DNA of 64,000 nucleotides from Sphagnum compactum. Its lineage: Eukaryota. The translations under genes were made by a program, and so were the position numbers. Location: the NCBI GenBank assembly GCA_965153455.1, contig OZ234493.1:23240213-23304212 (forward strand). Reading direction: 5' to 3'. This document shows, one piece after another, positions 41,769 through 55,860 of this stretch. The notes beneath the pieces are model-generated. The model saw only the letters and a program-made list of their open reading frames with translations, searched no databases and had not been told where the DNA came from. Within the stretch, counting starts at the first letter, position 1, and each line of letters begins with the position of its first letter.

Positions 41769-44700
41769 ATGGCTCCAAAGAAGAACTCCAAAGCAGCTAT
41801 TGAGGAAACAGCAAGCAAGCCATCAATAAAAAGTGTGTCCACAGCAGGTTCCAATGCTGCCCTTGGTGGAAATGAAGGAACTGATGCACCCACCAAAGAT
41901 GCCATACCAGCTGTAGTTGAAAAGCCTAAAGAACCTGTCGACCCTCTTGCTTATAAGGTGCTTGAAGCTCACATCCTCTCCCCTTGGTCCAATAAGTACA
42001 AACAGGAACAATGAAGTGAATATTTTTCATGTAGGACAATCTGAAGATCCAAGATTATGGGGCCAGACTCACCAGAGAACTTGTAATATCATAGTTCAGT
42101 GTTTAGTATTTGATAATTTGTGCAGAGGTTTTTTTTTCTAGTCCACCCAACAAGTTGACCATCTGAGTGATAGTCAGTCCACTTGTTCAAGCTTCTCTAG
42201 AACTGTGGTTACAGTGCTTGTCAGGGATACTCTGATTTGGAGCCTCTGGAGTAATTGTCCAAAATCCTCATGACTACCACCTTTGCTTGTTGGCTACTCA
42301 TTTAAGGAGTAAGTGATAACTGATGTGGCAAGGCAGTTGTGGAAGTAATCAACCTCATTTGAGAACATGGAATACCTGTTGATATTTTGGGGCAGGGGAG
42401 AACATGGAAGCTTAGCTGACACCCAATGTGTGTGAGATGCAGAAGGATGGTTTGGTTGACTGGTGGGCAAGAAAAGCTAAAAAGTGGCATGTCAGAAGGC
42501 CACCCTTGCATGATCACCGAAGGTCATCACTTAGAATCCCCTGGGGCCTTTTCAGCAAAGTGGAGGCTCTTACACAGGACAAAGAACTAGAGGTTCCAGA
42601 GCAGTTACCATGGCCATCAAAAAAGTACTCACATATATTGCCACGGACATCATCTTGGAGAGCACCTAAGGACAGTATTATGGTTGCAGATGCAGAAAGG
42701 AAGAAGACAGTTCTGGGTGACATTGCCCCTGCCTCCCAAATGGGGTTACAGCTGGTGCCTGCTGAAGAGGCTTCAGAGACTGCTCCACCTGCTGTTGATG
42801 GTGGAATGGCTGATGCAGGATTGGGAGTTGATGGTGGTGTTGTGGTTGATGAGCCTTTTGATCAAGGTGGGGTTGAAGATGAAGCTGCTCAGATGGAGGA
42901 AGCAGCAATAATGTGGGAAGCTGCCAGGCTTGATCAAGTTCAGTCCCCACTGTAGCATAGTGTAATGTCAAATGGGACTTGAGTATTGCATCAGCTGAGC
43001 AAATTGACTGTTTGTTGATGGTGCCAATACCAAATATATGCACTCAAATGACCCTTCAGCCCCTCAGGCTATGTTAATTTTTGAGCTTCCCTGCTATGCT
43101 AATTTATTTATTTTTCTAAGAGGAATCTCATAAGAAGTGTTCCACCTTCAGTTACAATTTACTGACCAGATGGAACATGTTCTGAAAGCTTTATGTTAAT
43201 TCTGCAATTGACCTAAGTCAGAGGGTGCCTTTGAATTGACACATGAAGTCAAAGAGGGTGAAGACAGAGAAATCCTGCCTAAATGTAATTCCATGAAAGC
43301 AGGAGAGGCTGCTGGACCATCAACTGCGACCCTGGAGGCGTTCTTTTCAGCAGTCATGGAGAGCTCCCCTCCATCACCACCCAGATCCCAAGTCAATGAA
43401 ACCTTGGAAGCTGTCTAGCAAGCTGGAGCTTACTCGAAGGCTGAAGACAGCACTATTCACATTGATGCCTGAGCCAGGGCAGGAGTGGCGGCTTCTGCCA
43501 AAGGAGGAGCGTGAAAGGTGGAGACTACAAATGCCAGCTGCACAGTACTTCCTGGTTTGAAAATTGAACTTAGCTCCCACACGATGAGTCAACTCTTTGC
43601 AACTGTTGTCAACTATCTTAGAACTGTTCACCATGGACACATGAAGAAAGTCACAAAGATGGGTAGAACAAACTGCCAAAGGTGACTGGAAGGACCCATT
43701 CCTGCTTGGTGCCTTTCTTGGGTGCAGGAGTGCAAGCTTCTAGAAAGAATGATGCGGAAGATATATTATCTCAATAACCCACGGTACAGCAGGAATGCAA
43801 AATGTTTCCAGGTAGTCACAACCTGGCAATGATTTGTGAGACTTTCTGTGCAGAGCATGTATGTTTGCCAGATATGCATCACCTGTGTAGTAGGGTATCT
43901 CTTATGCTTGGCTTGTCTGTCATTGGGACCAGGCCTTGGAAATATACCGGGAAAGGGAACCTGTCAGGCTTCCACCCTACTGGATAGCAGCACCAGTGAA
44001 AGGTCCACCAGGATATGAGCACCTGTATCCCCCTGTTGTTGAATTCAATGGGTTTGGTAAGTCTTCGCATAGTTGACCATCTGTTATAGATGCAGGCTAT
44101 CAGGTAATTGGTGAAGCTGATCAGTGTTTCGTGCACTTTTTTCCTTTTGTCAAAAAGGCCTGCAGTATTTTGTAGTATGAATGTTGAGATGTAGTGGCAT
44201 GCAAATATGCTTCCTCAGGTTGAAGCACTAATCATTAAGATGCCGGAAATGAATTTCTTTTTGGTAGCCAAAGTTCTGTATCATCTGTGAAATCCCTGTC
44301 AACATAAAGTTCTATTGTGTAATTTTTGCAAGCACAGTGACTGCTGGATGGGCTGTAGAGAGTGAGTTTTCCTGCAAGCAGATAATCTTCTAAGAGAGGA
44401 GGCTAGGAATATCTGCTTCTAAGATCTCAATTTGGCATTGCAGAATCTGGAAAAACTTATGTAGCTCACCTTCACATATTGAATAAGAGCCCTTGGAGCC
44501 AACGACTCAGGTACTTTGGTGACTTTCTATCTACCTTCCTATATTGCCCACCTCAAAGCCTGAGAGAATAAATACTATGGTGTTACAAATTACTTCAATG
44601 GACTGTTGTACATTTTTTCACTATAGCTCTGTCTCCTCCAAAGCCTCTGTCTTCTTCTCTTGGCTTATTCTCTGCTCATGATTTGTCCAAATCTTATCTC

Positions 44701-47700
44701 TTTATGAGTTGAAAGTCTATATTTTTGGTCTCCAGCCTGTTTGAAGTTCCTGGCTGGGTTTGTAGCTTCAGTTTTATGAGGATTTGTGTTACTATATAGA
44801 TTGGTTGTTGACTTGTTAAGCAGACATTCATCTGATCCCCTCACTGCAAATAGATTTGTGGTCTCTTGCCCTCTCTTGCATTGCACCTTGACCTAATCTA
44901 TTTTTGCCAAATGTGGCAGGATCATTAAGCCCATGACTGATCAGTACTTCTTGTCATCAGACGAGGAGCCCTTCCAGGGAAAAATTCTTATTTCAGGCAT
45001 GTTCTGCCGATTTGAGATTACGTATAAACCAACGAACATTTTTGAAACTGAGGACACAATTGAAGTCAGATCAGAGATGGATACATGCATAGTTAAATTG
45101 ATCTCAACTCACCCACTCCCCACTGTGGTTTTTCCCCGGAGTTTGGACCTTGGTTACTGCCTGACAGGGCTTTCAGTCTCTTCCTCCTACACATATGTGA
45201 GCAAAGGTGCAGGGTGTCATTTTGCAATGCTAGGCTTCAGTGATGATATGGAACAGAGGTTCAGCAGAACAGACGGGCTCCAAGATGACCAATGGAATGA
45301 CCTTCAGGCACAATACTGTGATAACAACTTCACCTTCTTTCCTCCTTTTATTGCCTACCCAAGACTGGTGACAGTTGAGGCAGACAAATCACAGGAGATT
45401 ATTGTGTTGTTCCGCCCTCCAAAGGCTGGGAAATTTTCAGGTGTGCTAAAAGTTGAAACTCAGACTGGACGCCATTGGGAAATACTTGTTACTGGGCATG
45501 CTGTGGACCTTGAAATCAGTTGTGACAAAGTCGATGGGCGTCCCTTCAGACCTGGAGAGTTCAAACTGGGAGTTGATTTTGGTAACTGTTGTGTTGCAGA
45601 ACCAACAATTCACAATGTAACAGTCACTAACTACTCTGAAGTCCCTGTGCGATTCTACTGGAGAGTAGCTGATCAGGAAGAGGTTGCTCCTTCTGGAGTA
45701 GTTCTTAAGGAAAGGGAATTGAATACAGACACAAAGAAAGCATGTTGGGAGGACCCCAGGGAGTTTGTCCCTAATCCTCGCTTTGGAGTATTGCCTGCAA
45801 AAACTGAGACCTCAATTGCATTCACATTTACACCACCAGATCTAGGAAATTATCGGCAGATTGCCAGATTATGTATTGACACACGGATGGACCATCCACT
45901 TAACTCCAATGGCTGGAAAAATTTCAGAGACACACTATTTAGGTTAGAAAATGAGTTAAGCAAGGAGAAAAAATTAGGCAAATGGAGGCGATCAGGTGCA
46001 GGTGATGGTGAAGAACAAAAAGTCTTCAAATTTTCTGATGAGAGCTTTGCTCTGAACAAAATAGACAACATGGGTCAAATTTCTATAGCACTTGAATTGA
46101 ATCTACTGGGAGTTGGGGTGTCTCTTAATGTCAAGCTCTTGCCTCCTCTGCTTGTAGTTGCTGGTGGCTTAACAGTTGGGACAGTTCACACCTTCGATAT
46201 CATTGTGAGGAACAACAGCCCTGTACCTGTTCAAATGTCATGGGAATGCCCCCACACACCCTACAAGGCTGGCATGGTGAAGAATTCTGTGTATTTTCAA
46301 CCATTGACTGGCAAAATTCCTGAGCATGGAAACCAAGAGGTTCAGGTAATATTCAGAGCAAGGAAAATTGGGGCATTTGAGGCAAGGCATGGTTGTAGAA
46401 TAACAAGCCAGTTGGATCTAGGAGGACAGGAACTACAATTTCATGTGGCAGGTCATGTTCGGGGTCCAGTTATTGCATTGTCTCCAGCAATGCTCAACTA
46501 TGGCCTTGTGCAGGTCAGTGATAATGGATCTCAATTCTCATGATTCCTCATCATTTAGCAAACAAGGTCCTACCTTGTCTTCATCTTTCTGTACATTCTT
46601 TCTCTTAGTCCTGCAAGTCTGCATTGTCCAGTGGAAGTACTGTGCCTTTTTTTCTGCCCTCACATGTGGAGTGACATCAGCACATCTCCTGTTCTCTTCA
46701 TGTTTCTTGGCCTTCACATGAGGGAACAAATCTCATTGGCAGGAGGATTCTCTTTGTGTGTTTTCTTCATGTTGTGATGCAGATTGACAGCACTCATCAA
46801 CTGGACCTGACATTGACCAATAGGAGCACAACCGCTGCTGCATTCAAGCTCTACACAGCAATAGACCCAGAAGGCCAAGCCATCATAACTTCAAGAGACA
46901 AACCTGTGGGGCTCTCGTCTTATGGTGACTTTCTGCAGTTGTTTAAAGATGGGATACCACTCAGTCAGTCATACTGCCAAGATGTGCATAATCGCTTTAT
47001 ACCACATTCACAACTGAGACCCTTGCCCTTGAGCAAAGTTTGTCAAAGGGTGTGCTACCCCCCTGGTCCACCATATCCTGAAGGAGATGTCAAGCAGCAC
47101 CTTGTTTTCTCCCCAAACAGTGGAGTGCTTCAAAAATACCAATCTATAACTGTGAAGGTGAGGACTTTTTGTCATGGAGCCTATTCCAGGATCTTTGATT
47201 TTGCATGACCTTCATATGTGATTTAAGTTTCAAATTTCATGACTGCTCAGTTTACTGAGGTTGCACATGTTGTGGATGAAGGCTGTTTTGACAGGAACTA
47301 AGCGTGGGTACCTACGTCTAGCAATCATCTGTGAGGTTGCAGATCTGGGATCCCCTACTGAGATGGCCATAGCTCGAGCTGAAATTGATGCACCCCGAGC
47401 TTGTTTGATCCCACCAATGATTGACTTGGGAATCCAATACATTCACTGTGACATTGAGAGAGATGTCACCTTGCGAAATCTCAGAGCTCTCCCTGCATCT
47501 TTCAACTGGAGGAGCCAGCATGGTGTTGGTGACCACAAGTTTGTGGACATTGAATGGACTCAAGTGTCTGGAAAAGTACCTCCAAGAGGAGAACAGCAGC
47601 TAACATTTAAGTTTACCCCCCATAGACTTGGTCCTTTTGAGTGCATCCTAGTTTGCAAGGTCTGGAAGCAGCAGTATCCATTGGGGCTTTTGCTGAAGGC

Positions 47701-50700
47701 ACACATTGTTGACATTCGTGTAAGCTTCCATGTGTTCCCTCTTGATGTGGAGGATGGACACCTACTCTCTGGCCGAGGTGTCAAGCAAGAAAGGCTACAG
47801 AAAGCACGGAAAGAGAGGCTTCTTCCACGCCGTTCAACCAGTGATGGTAGGCGGTATGAAGTAGTAACCCTTGATCCTCCAGATATTCCATGCATCGACT
47901 ATGGACGGCGGAAAATTGTTGGAAAGGTTCACTCTCTGAAGCTTGTTATACGGAATCATTCTCCTATCACTGCCAATGTCCAGTTGAGAGTACAAAAGTA
48001 TCCAAGTGAGCCAAACACTTCTCTTATAAGAGAGGAGCTATGGATGCTCGCAGCTTTAACAGGCCACCTGTCCACTCTGAACCCAAACAGAAGAGATCCA
48101 TTCCAGTCAGCAATGATAAACAAGAAGTTGCGACATCCTTTGCTGGGACGGCAAGATGAGCTCCATTTCCACTACTTTTCCAGTGCAGGAAAGTCAATGC
48201 TGTGGCGGCGAGTGGAGGGTGCAATGCACCAGGCACTAATCAAAGAGGGCCGCAGTGTGGCATTTTTGTTGTATCCCTGGCCAACAGGGGTATTAAAGGC
48301 ATGGTCAGAATGGTCTTGTGAGATTGTGTGTTTCAGCACACTGCCTGGAGTCTACTTGGATACTATCATTTGCAATGTGCGCTCTCTGACCCTGCCTATA
48401 TCAATACTCCTGCGATCAAGCTAAAGAAGGAATCCAACAAGTTGTGGAAGATAGGTATCATTTACCAAAACTTCATCTTTAGTTTGAGGTCTGAGAGCCA
48501 AATGGCACCCTCTAAGTCCTTTGAACACATAAACATGACATATCCCCATTACAGTGAGGGAGTGATGCTTAGACTATGATTACTCAATTTGTGGTTTTGA
48601 AAATGCATTGGACCCTAATCTCACCTCTTGTGCTACTGTGTTTATCAAGTCCTGTCTGGTTATGGACTCATAGTGCATTTCAGTCATGTTCATTTATCTG
48701 ATTCTCATGGTGCTGACTTTTGTGCTGGAGAATGTGTATGAATCAGATTGGCCGCCTGTCACCATTTTATTTTCCGATAGAAATTGAGCTACTGGGAAAT
48801 CCACTTGTTACCAGAATTAACTACTTAGAGCCCAGAGGTTTACAAGACATCAAAGAAACCCCTGAACTTGTCTTAACATGGAACACAATGCCCACTGGCA
48901 ACCCAGTTGTGCGCAGATCATTCTGGGTGTACAACATTTCAGCTTTTCACATGGTGGTTGAGTGGGAGGTGAAGATGGCCAGCCTTAGTAATGAAGGAGG
49001 TTTGTGTTCCATGTCCTTTGACATTGAAGATGATCGACCTGAGGTGCATGCAATGCTGGTGCCAGAGCGGGATGGTGAGGACTGTTGTGTAAGGGTGAGT
49101 ACCATACAAACCTTTTCTGGTCCATCAGAAAGCCCATGTGAGATGCTTGGTATCAGATTTTTCTGCTTGGGGCTATCTGATGGCTTAGTTCCAACCAAAA
49201 AACATCTACACAATCAACAGTTTCCACTGTTGCAGATCATGACCCTGGAATGGAAACCCTGAAAGCAACAGTGAATTAGCCAAAACTGAGCTGTCCATGA
49301 TGACTAGGATAGTAATAAAAGTCCAAACTACTACAAGCTATACTCCAGTAGACTCCAGGATGCAGCATTTCACAATCTGCTGATAGCTCACAATGAACAT
49401 GCATGCAGGCATGTGTGCAAGAGCATTTGGGTATTAGGTATGGTGGTTTGGTGCATGTCACCTTCAAAGACTTTTTGGAGGCCATGCCTGAAAATCCACC
49501 TTTCCGAATTGCACCAAAAAGACAGGTATTTGCATAATCTAGTGCTCTTATTCTATTGCTTCAACTGCTGGCCTGGACATATTCTATTGCTGAACATCTT
49601 GGCCTGTTGAGCGATTGGATAGATGTCCTGTATTTCTGGTAGAACCTGTACCAGAAGTAAGTCAAAGATATGAGGTGGTGAATGTAATGGACTGGATTTT
49701 ACAGGTCATACTTGGACAGGGCAGCTCACAATTTGTAGTTACATTCCAGTCATTGGAGGCTTCAAACTTCCAGGCCACACTTGTAGGCAAGACTCGAATT
49801 CATGATGGCCAGTTTACAAGACGACTTGCAGCCCCGAAATTTGAGTTTGACAGTGCTCTTGAGCCCATTGACAAGCAGTACATTTACCGGAGGCCCTCAA
49901 CCAAACATGTATGTGAACATGTTGTCACTTTCTTTTCTCACCGGACTTCCCAGTTTCAGTCTATGCTCATCCACAAGACCTCACAACTAGGTGGGGACCA
50001 TGTGCATCTGGAGCAGCCTAACCAAAGAAAGCTCACCAAGAAGGGTGGACCTTGGGCAGATTTTGGGAGAAAAAGATCAAAGGTACACAGGCTGGAACAT
50101 GATTCTGACCCAGATGAGTCATCTGAAGCAAGTGGTCCTCTTACAGAGGAAGGGGGTTATGATGTGCCAATCCTTGATGTTCCAGATGCCTTGATTACTG
50201 ATGCATTTACCCCAAATCTTGAGGTTGACCTAATACGCCCACTTCGTGTTACTCTGATTGCTGGCCTGCTTGTACCCAGGTGGATCTCTCACTCCAACTT
50301 TCAGCTTGTCATACTTCTGTTTTAATGAAGAGTTAGCTGCTGGTCAACCTGAAGTCTAGTTGCTTAGCAGTATGGTTGTCTTCATATGGCCATGTACAGA
50401 TCTTCCAAAGAACCATGAAGTATAAGAATTATTCCTCCCCATGAATCTGTAGTAAGATGTACCATTGTAAGTTCAGTGCTCTGTGGTAGGGTGCTTCTAC
50501 CAACACTGTCATCTTGACAGACTACCTCTTATACTTCCACCACTTTATTGTATTTTCTGGCTTCTATTCAGTTTACTTCTACTTGAGTGTACTGTAGACT
50601 AGAACTCTCCTAGTTGTCCATAACTCCATTCTCATGTGTGCAGGCTGTACTGTAATGTGGATGATACTCTCAAGTTTGAATTATTTGGTAGCATTCCTGT

Positions 50701-52159
50701 TGAAACCAGATATGACACACGGGCTCTTTTCCTGACAAACACATACCTTGACCGAATCTTATTTTCCATCAAGATGGCACAGCCATTCTATCTTCTAAAT
50801 GCTCGTCATGGCATTATTGAGCCAGTAATTAAAGGTGATGCAATTCAGCGACTGTCTGTATTGAAGGACCCACAACGTGAACCTCAAGAGAATCATTACA
50901 GATTGCCCAGAGATTGGAGCCTTCAACTTACTATTCGGTTTCGACCCCATTTTAATGAAGGGGACTGCTATCCCATGGATGAAGTTATAGGGTGTGACCT
51001 TGTCATCACTTTCCAGGACACACATGAACAGGCATGTACCTCCTAAAGTTTCTGTAGATTCTGAAACAAGAATCCCCTGGTGATCCTTGTGCACACAGAA
51101 ATGCTTCTAAAAAGCAAAACTCATGTAAGTTTTAGCCATCAAGTGTCACTGTCTGCAATCAACCTGCATGCAGGCATCTCATGAGCCATTCATTGTGGGT
51201 TTGCAGTGATTGTCAGCAAAGGATGTCCACTATTTGATTTTCAGAGACCCAGAGTGCCAGAAAAAAGCATGTTATTGCTGGTTTTTCATCTCTTTCTTAA
51301 GGGTTTGTCTTTGGCCAGACAGTCAAGTCTAAGGTTATAGATGAATATCATTGTGTCATAATGTCATGTGATCTGACTTCTCCTTTTGTTGTGAGCAGAT
51401 CATACACCTTCATGGGGACATCTATTTCCCAGAGGTGACATTGCAGACTGAGAGCCTGTGGTTTGGAACAGTTGTCTGTCCTGACTGTGTGCAGACCATG
51501 GATTTCAGCATATCAAACACTAGCTTTGCTCCTGCTGAGTGGAGAATAGTCACTGAATGCAGTCACCAAAACATGGTTGAGTGTGCCGAACTTAATGGAT
51601 TTGTGGACTGGGTAAGTGGTTCATTGTTTCTGCTTTTTGTTTGTGCTCATGTGTTCTTGGGCATGACTTGTTTATGTCGCCATTTTGCACAATGTGTCAC
51701 ATAATCAATTTGAGCATCTGTCATCTACTCCTGGTTTCCATTTTGGTCATAGGGGCACTGCAGGATTTCAGAGTTTCATTTCTTTTCCTGTCTCTGCCTT
51801 ACAGTGAATAACAAAAGACATTGACTGAGCACTTTTTCTTGCAGGGGCACTTGAAAGATCTTAATAAGATTTGGCCTGTAATCTGGAAAGCCACACCAGA
51901 AAGTGGCAGATTGCCTGGCAGGGAGGGTTATATGAGTGCTGCACATAAACAGATGGTAACGATAACATTTTCTCCACATGAGCCCATTGTGTATCAAGAG
52001 GCTGTGTGGATTGAAGTCTTCCGAGGTCGAGGCTGTAGGCTTGTCTTGGAGGGGGAAGGCAGGGAGGATGTTATACTGCCACCTGTTCTTGAGCTACCAG
52101 CTCCAGCTCCAGTTCCAGTTGACAAGAAAAAGGCTTCCAAGGCATCCAAGAAGAAATAA
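41769..52159 (+). CDS. DLEC1: DLEC1/CFAP81-like ciliary central-apparatus protein (tandem ASH/PapD-like Ig domains), multi-exon
   Basis: MMRKIYYLNNPR (about 43749-43785), ESGKTYVAHLHILNKSPWSQRLR, ISGMFCRFEITYKP...PLPTVVFPRSLDLGYCLTG, and repeated DFG/NYG...(T/R)N.S...A.F.W...P..G.I/V.P motifs in long exons (44933-46513, 47281-48376, 48746-49094, 49704-50279, 50644-51031, 51399-51611, 51845-52159). The 5' exon structure (41769-43800) is uncertain. Confidence 0.75.
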
Positions 52160-52924
52160 ATCTGTGGATACAACCTTTTGCTGCCTGTTGTGTCACAACA
52201 TTACATGCACAATCAAGCCATATTATGGTTGCTTAGCTTCAAGTAAGTCTTCTAATAATCCATTTGGAATAAATCCACTAACTATTATTCCACTAAGTTC
52301 CAGTACCCAGTGACTGAAATCTTTGCTATTCAATCTTCTTTATCTTTCAACACATTCTTGGCAAGGATAATTTTTTCCATTCTTGTACTTTTTGTCCTGT
52401 TCTCGAACTTTGAGAAGTGTGTATCAGCCCCATATGTTGCAATTGTTGGAGTCATCATATCCTTGGTTTAGTCTTTTGAGGATGTCAACTAATTGGTAAG
52501 CAATAACTTCCTTTGCAAAATATATTAGAGAAGTACCTTACAAGTCATGAAGCACCACTGACATTTGCAAATAAGTCACACCTCCAAATGTACTCACGTT
52601 AGGATTGGTAAACTGTATTCATAAGAGGTAATTGCTTGGATGCCTTTGTGTGGTATACCAGTGGGTTTTGATAGATGGTAAGTGGCTGGTTGACGTTGCA
52701 AACTATTTGACTTATATCAAATGATATATCAAATGAAAATTTTAGGAGCTCACACTGTATGGTTGTTGTGAGCTCCTAAAGTAGTCATGGAAACTGTAGA
52801 ATGTTGAAAACCTGGAGAAATGATTTGAAATAAGATGCACTAAGTCAGACTACTCATTAGCCCCGTATGAGTTGTCCAATATATGCATCTTTGGTATGTT
52901 TCCAATGTGGATTCAACTCATTAC

Positions 52925-53231
52925 TTGATGTTGTTCAACCTTGGGATGTATTTGGGGACTTAGAAGAACAGATAGTTTCAATAGTGCAATTGAAGATTGA
53001 AAACCTTCACTGTAAAATAAGGCATTTTGATACAATTATATATGATGGACACTAACAATGGGAGCCAACAATAAGTTAAAGATGGATGTTTCCAATTTGG
53101 AATCAGGGCAGGACTTGATGTTTTTCAAACTTTGGGATGTATCTGTGGACCTTGTGGAACAGATAGTTTGAATATTGCAATTGAAGATTTAAAAACATCA
53201 GTCCTAAAACAAGGCATTTTGATACAATTAT
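52925..53231. repeat. Two diverged direct copies of a ~115 bp sequence
   Basis: TTGATG..TTCAA.C.TTGGGATGTAT...GAACAGATAGTTT.AATA.TGCAATTGAAGATT...AAGGCATTTTGATACAATTATA at about 52925-53040 and 53115-53231. Confidence 0.8.
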
Positions 53232-54235
53232 ACAAACTACACTCACAATTTGACTCAAAATAAGTTGTTGGGCAATTGGTTCTTGACCTCTATGCTCCAC
53301 AACCTCTTATATTGCAGCTACCCATTTATCAAGCATGGATAGATCTCAGCATGTTTACTTTTGTGTCACGTTGATGGTAATTTGTTTACCTCTCATATTT
53401 CAACGCAGGGTGCTTAGCTTTGGCTGCCTCCAACATGACTAGTGGGCGCTTATGCTGTTGGCCAAAGAATATTAAATGTTTTACAAGGTCACCCATCCCA
53501 ATAGTATCTGTTTTTCCTTAAAGTCTTACAACCTCTAGAATGTTGTTAAAGCCACTTGTGATCAACTTTGACATGGTAGGTTGTATTTCTTCTTATTCTC
53601 AAGTATTTCTTTTTGTGCATTTGTGGCCTTTAATCATTTCCTGGGATTGTTGTTGGTTTTAGCTTGTGAGGATTTCAGTTTGTGGTTGCATCAATTCCTG
53701 ATTTCCATGCTCGTTTGAAATATGTTTTTTGAAAAAGGAAAAAACATTGTTCGAGTAAATGATAAGCTCTTTTTTCGCTAGTTGTCATAGTTACCATCCT
53801 TTATCCCTGATATAGAAAACATGCGAGATATTGCCTACTGTATATTGATAACATGTTATATCACATAAGGTCCCTGCCTGGCTGTAAAGGGCGTTTCACA
53901 TTTTGTAAGGTCCCAGCCAAGCTGTCATCAATCTGACAGGGTTTTTAAGTAGGAGTCTATTTCTACTGTCCTGTCACAAGTACTTCAAATCCTGGAAGGT
54001 TCTCAAGATACGCCTCTCCCCTATACAAAACTTTCTGTACCTTTTCATCTTCAAGAATGGGATCATGCAATGCTGAAGCTACAGAATATGAGAATTTTAT
54101 CAGTTGTTGAAATTATGTCTACTGTGATCTTTGTATTTCTGGTGATGAATTATTGGAGGTTACCTTGAGATAATCAGTGAAGATGTAAACATCCCCTGGT
54201 GAACATGCCAAGCTGCACTTCACTGGCCACTGGGA

Positions 54236-55860
54236 TCACCAATTGGTAATTCCTGCAAGAACAAAGCCCCTTGCTTAAAATCGGAGAAAGGAATTGGTCT
54301 CACTTACTACAGATTTGCTATGGACTCTCTCTCCAATAGACTTGATGTGCCAGGGTGTTTACTCATACCGCTTTTCACTCTGTCATTGAACATTTGTGCT
54401 GTGCTGAGCTCCCACCTGCCAGCAGAAGCAAGCATGTCTAATTTTCCATAGGAGCAGCTAGCCTGCAGCATTCCCAGGATTCAATTCAACTAGTGGAAAA
54501 GTGCTCTCACATCTCCATATTACCACAATTCTGCAAATACCAAGAAATCCACAAAGAAGCATCAGATTCAAAGGACATTGTGAATTGACAATATCTTCTG
54601 CCTACTTTATATAGCCAGCATGAGCGAGAATATCACACTGACAGAAGGGCAGTTGAAGGTGAACTTATCCATATCACGACCTTGTTGTGTCCAAGAGCAA
54701 AGTGTTCAAATGTCCAAGAGCTTCCCTACCAAGCCCACACATGGCATATCTTGAAGCATAGCAGTCCAAGAGACCACGCTGTGTATAGACATCTTGCTGA
54801 ACATTTCCAACACATCCTCAATGCTCCCACATTTTGCATGCATGTCAACAAGCTTACTACTACTCATGAAGATGTCAGACCCACACCCACTTTGAACAAG
54901 CTGTTTGTGCACATGCATGCCTTCTACAAGTGCTACTGCACAAACACAGCTGTAAGCACTGCCACAAAGGTGAGAAAGGTACTCATTGTTGCACCCTTCA
55001 CACTGCAGTTGTCAAAATAGGTCCAAGACATTTGACGTTGACAATGTTTCACATGTATCAGAATCCTAACGTTCCAAGAGAAAAAATTTCATGCAACCAT
55101 CTGGTGGAGACTCTCCATGCATCCTCTAGGGGACTACCATATTTAACATACATCTAAAAAAGTCTGCTACCCACAAAAAAATCAGAATCACAGCACTTTG
55201 AGTGATCTTGTCATCAACATTTCATCCTTCTTTCAATGCTGAAATCATTGGACAAGCACTCAGAACACCCGCAAAGAGTGACAGAGTGGCCTAGCTTCAA
55301 CCTTTCCATTTTATTTGTGAATGACAATGCTTTTGATCTTTGCACATTTTCACATGGTCCATCATCAATCTCCAAGTGCTAACTAGGACATGCATTGAAA
55401 TATTCAAACAAAGGCAAACCTGTCAAGAATCATGCCTCCTTGCTGCATTTTTTGAAAAAGCTTCAATCTTGCCCAGCTTTAGCATCTCTCACAAGCCTTA
55501 CATTCAGTTGAAACTGCTGGATTTTACAGTTCCCGGTGCCATCATTGCAGCCAGCTCTGCTTCTGCTGATTGTGGGGTTCAAATTGCTGTGGAGCCAGAC
55601 TGTCTCCTCAGTTTCTTCTGTTTAAAATCAGGATATCTTATGTGTCCCTATGGCCAGAAGTCCAAATCCAGCTGATCACCAATGTGCTTCTCACAGCCTG
55701 GTGCAAATTAGGCAATCGTGACAACAAAGAATCATGTATCCTTCACAATCAATTTTTAGCAGCATTTTTTCCATTACCTTGTCAAACTGTGCAGGATCAC
55801 CAGTGTGTAGTACCTGAGAAGAAACAAGCAGCAAAGTTCTTTCACGATCCTTCTCTAGCC
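54236..55860 (-). pseudogene. Degenerate inverted paralog of the PDF-PPR-DYW gene
   Basis: The minus strand gives GHIRYPDFKQKK (from 55647), MAPGTVKSSSF, HVHKQLVQSGCGSDIFMSSSKLVDMHAKCGSIEDVLEMFSKMSIHSVVSWTAML, LVELNPGNAAG*, GMSKHPG and GLCSCRNY..W*. It contains stops, frameshifts, large deletions and an unrelated ~330 bp segment at about 55030-55360. Confidence 0.85.
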
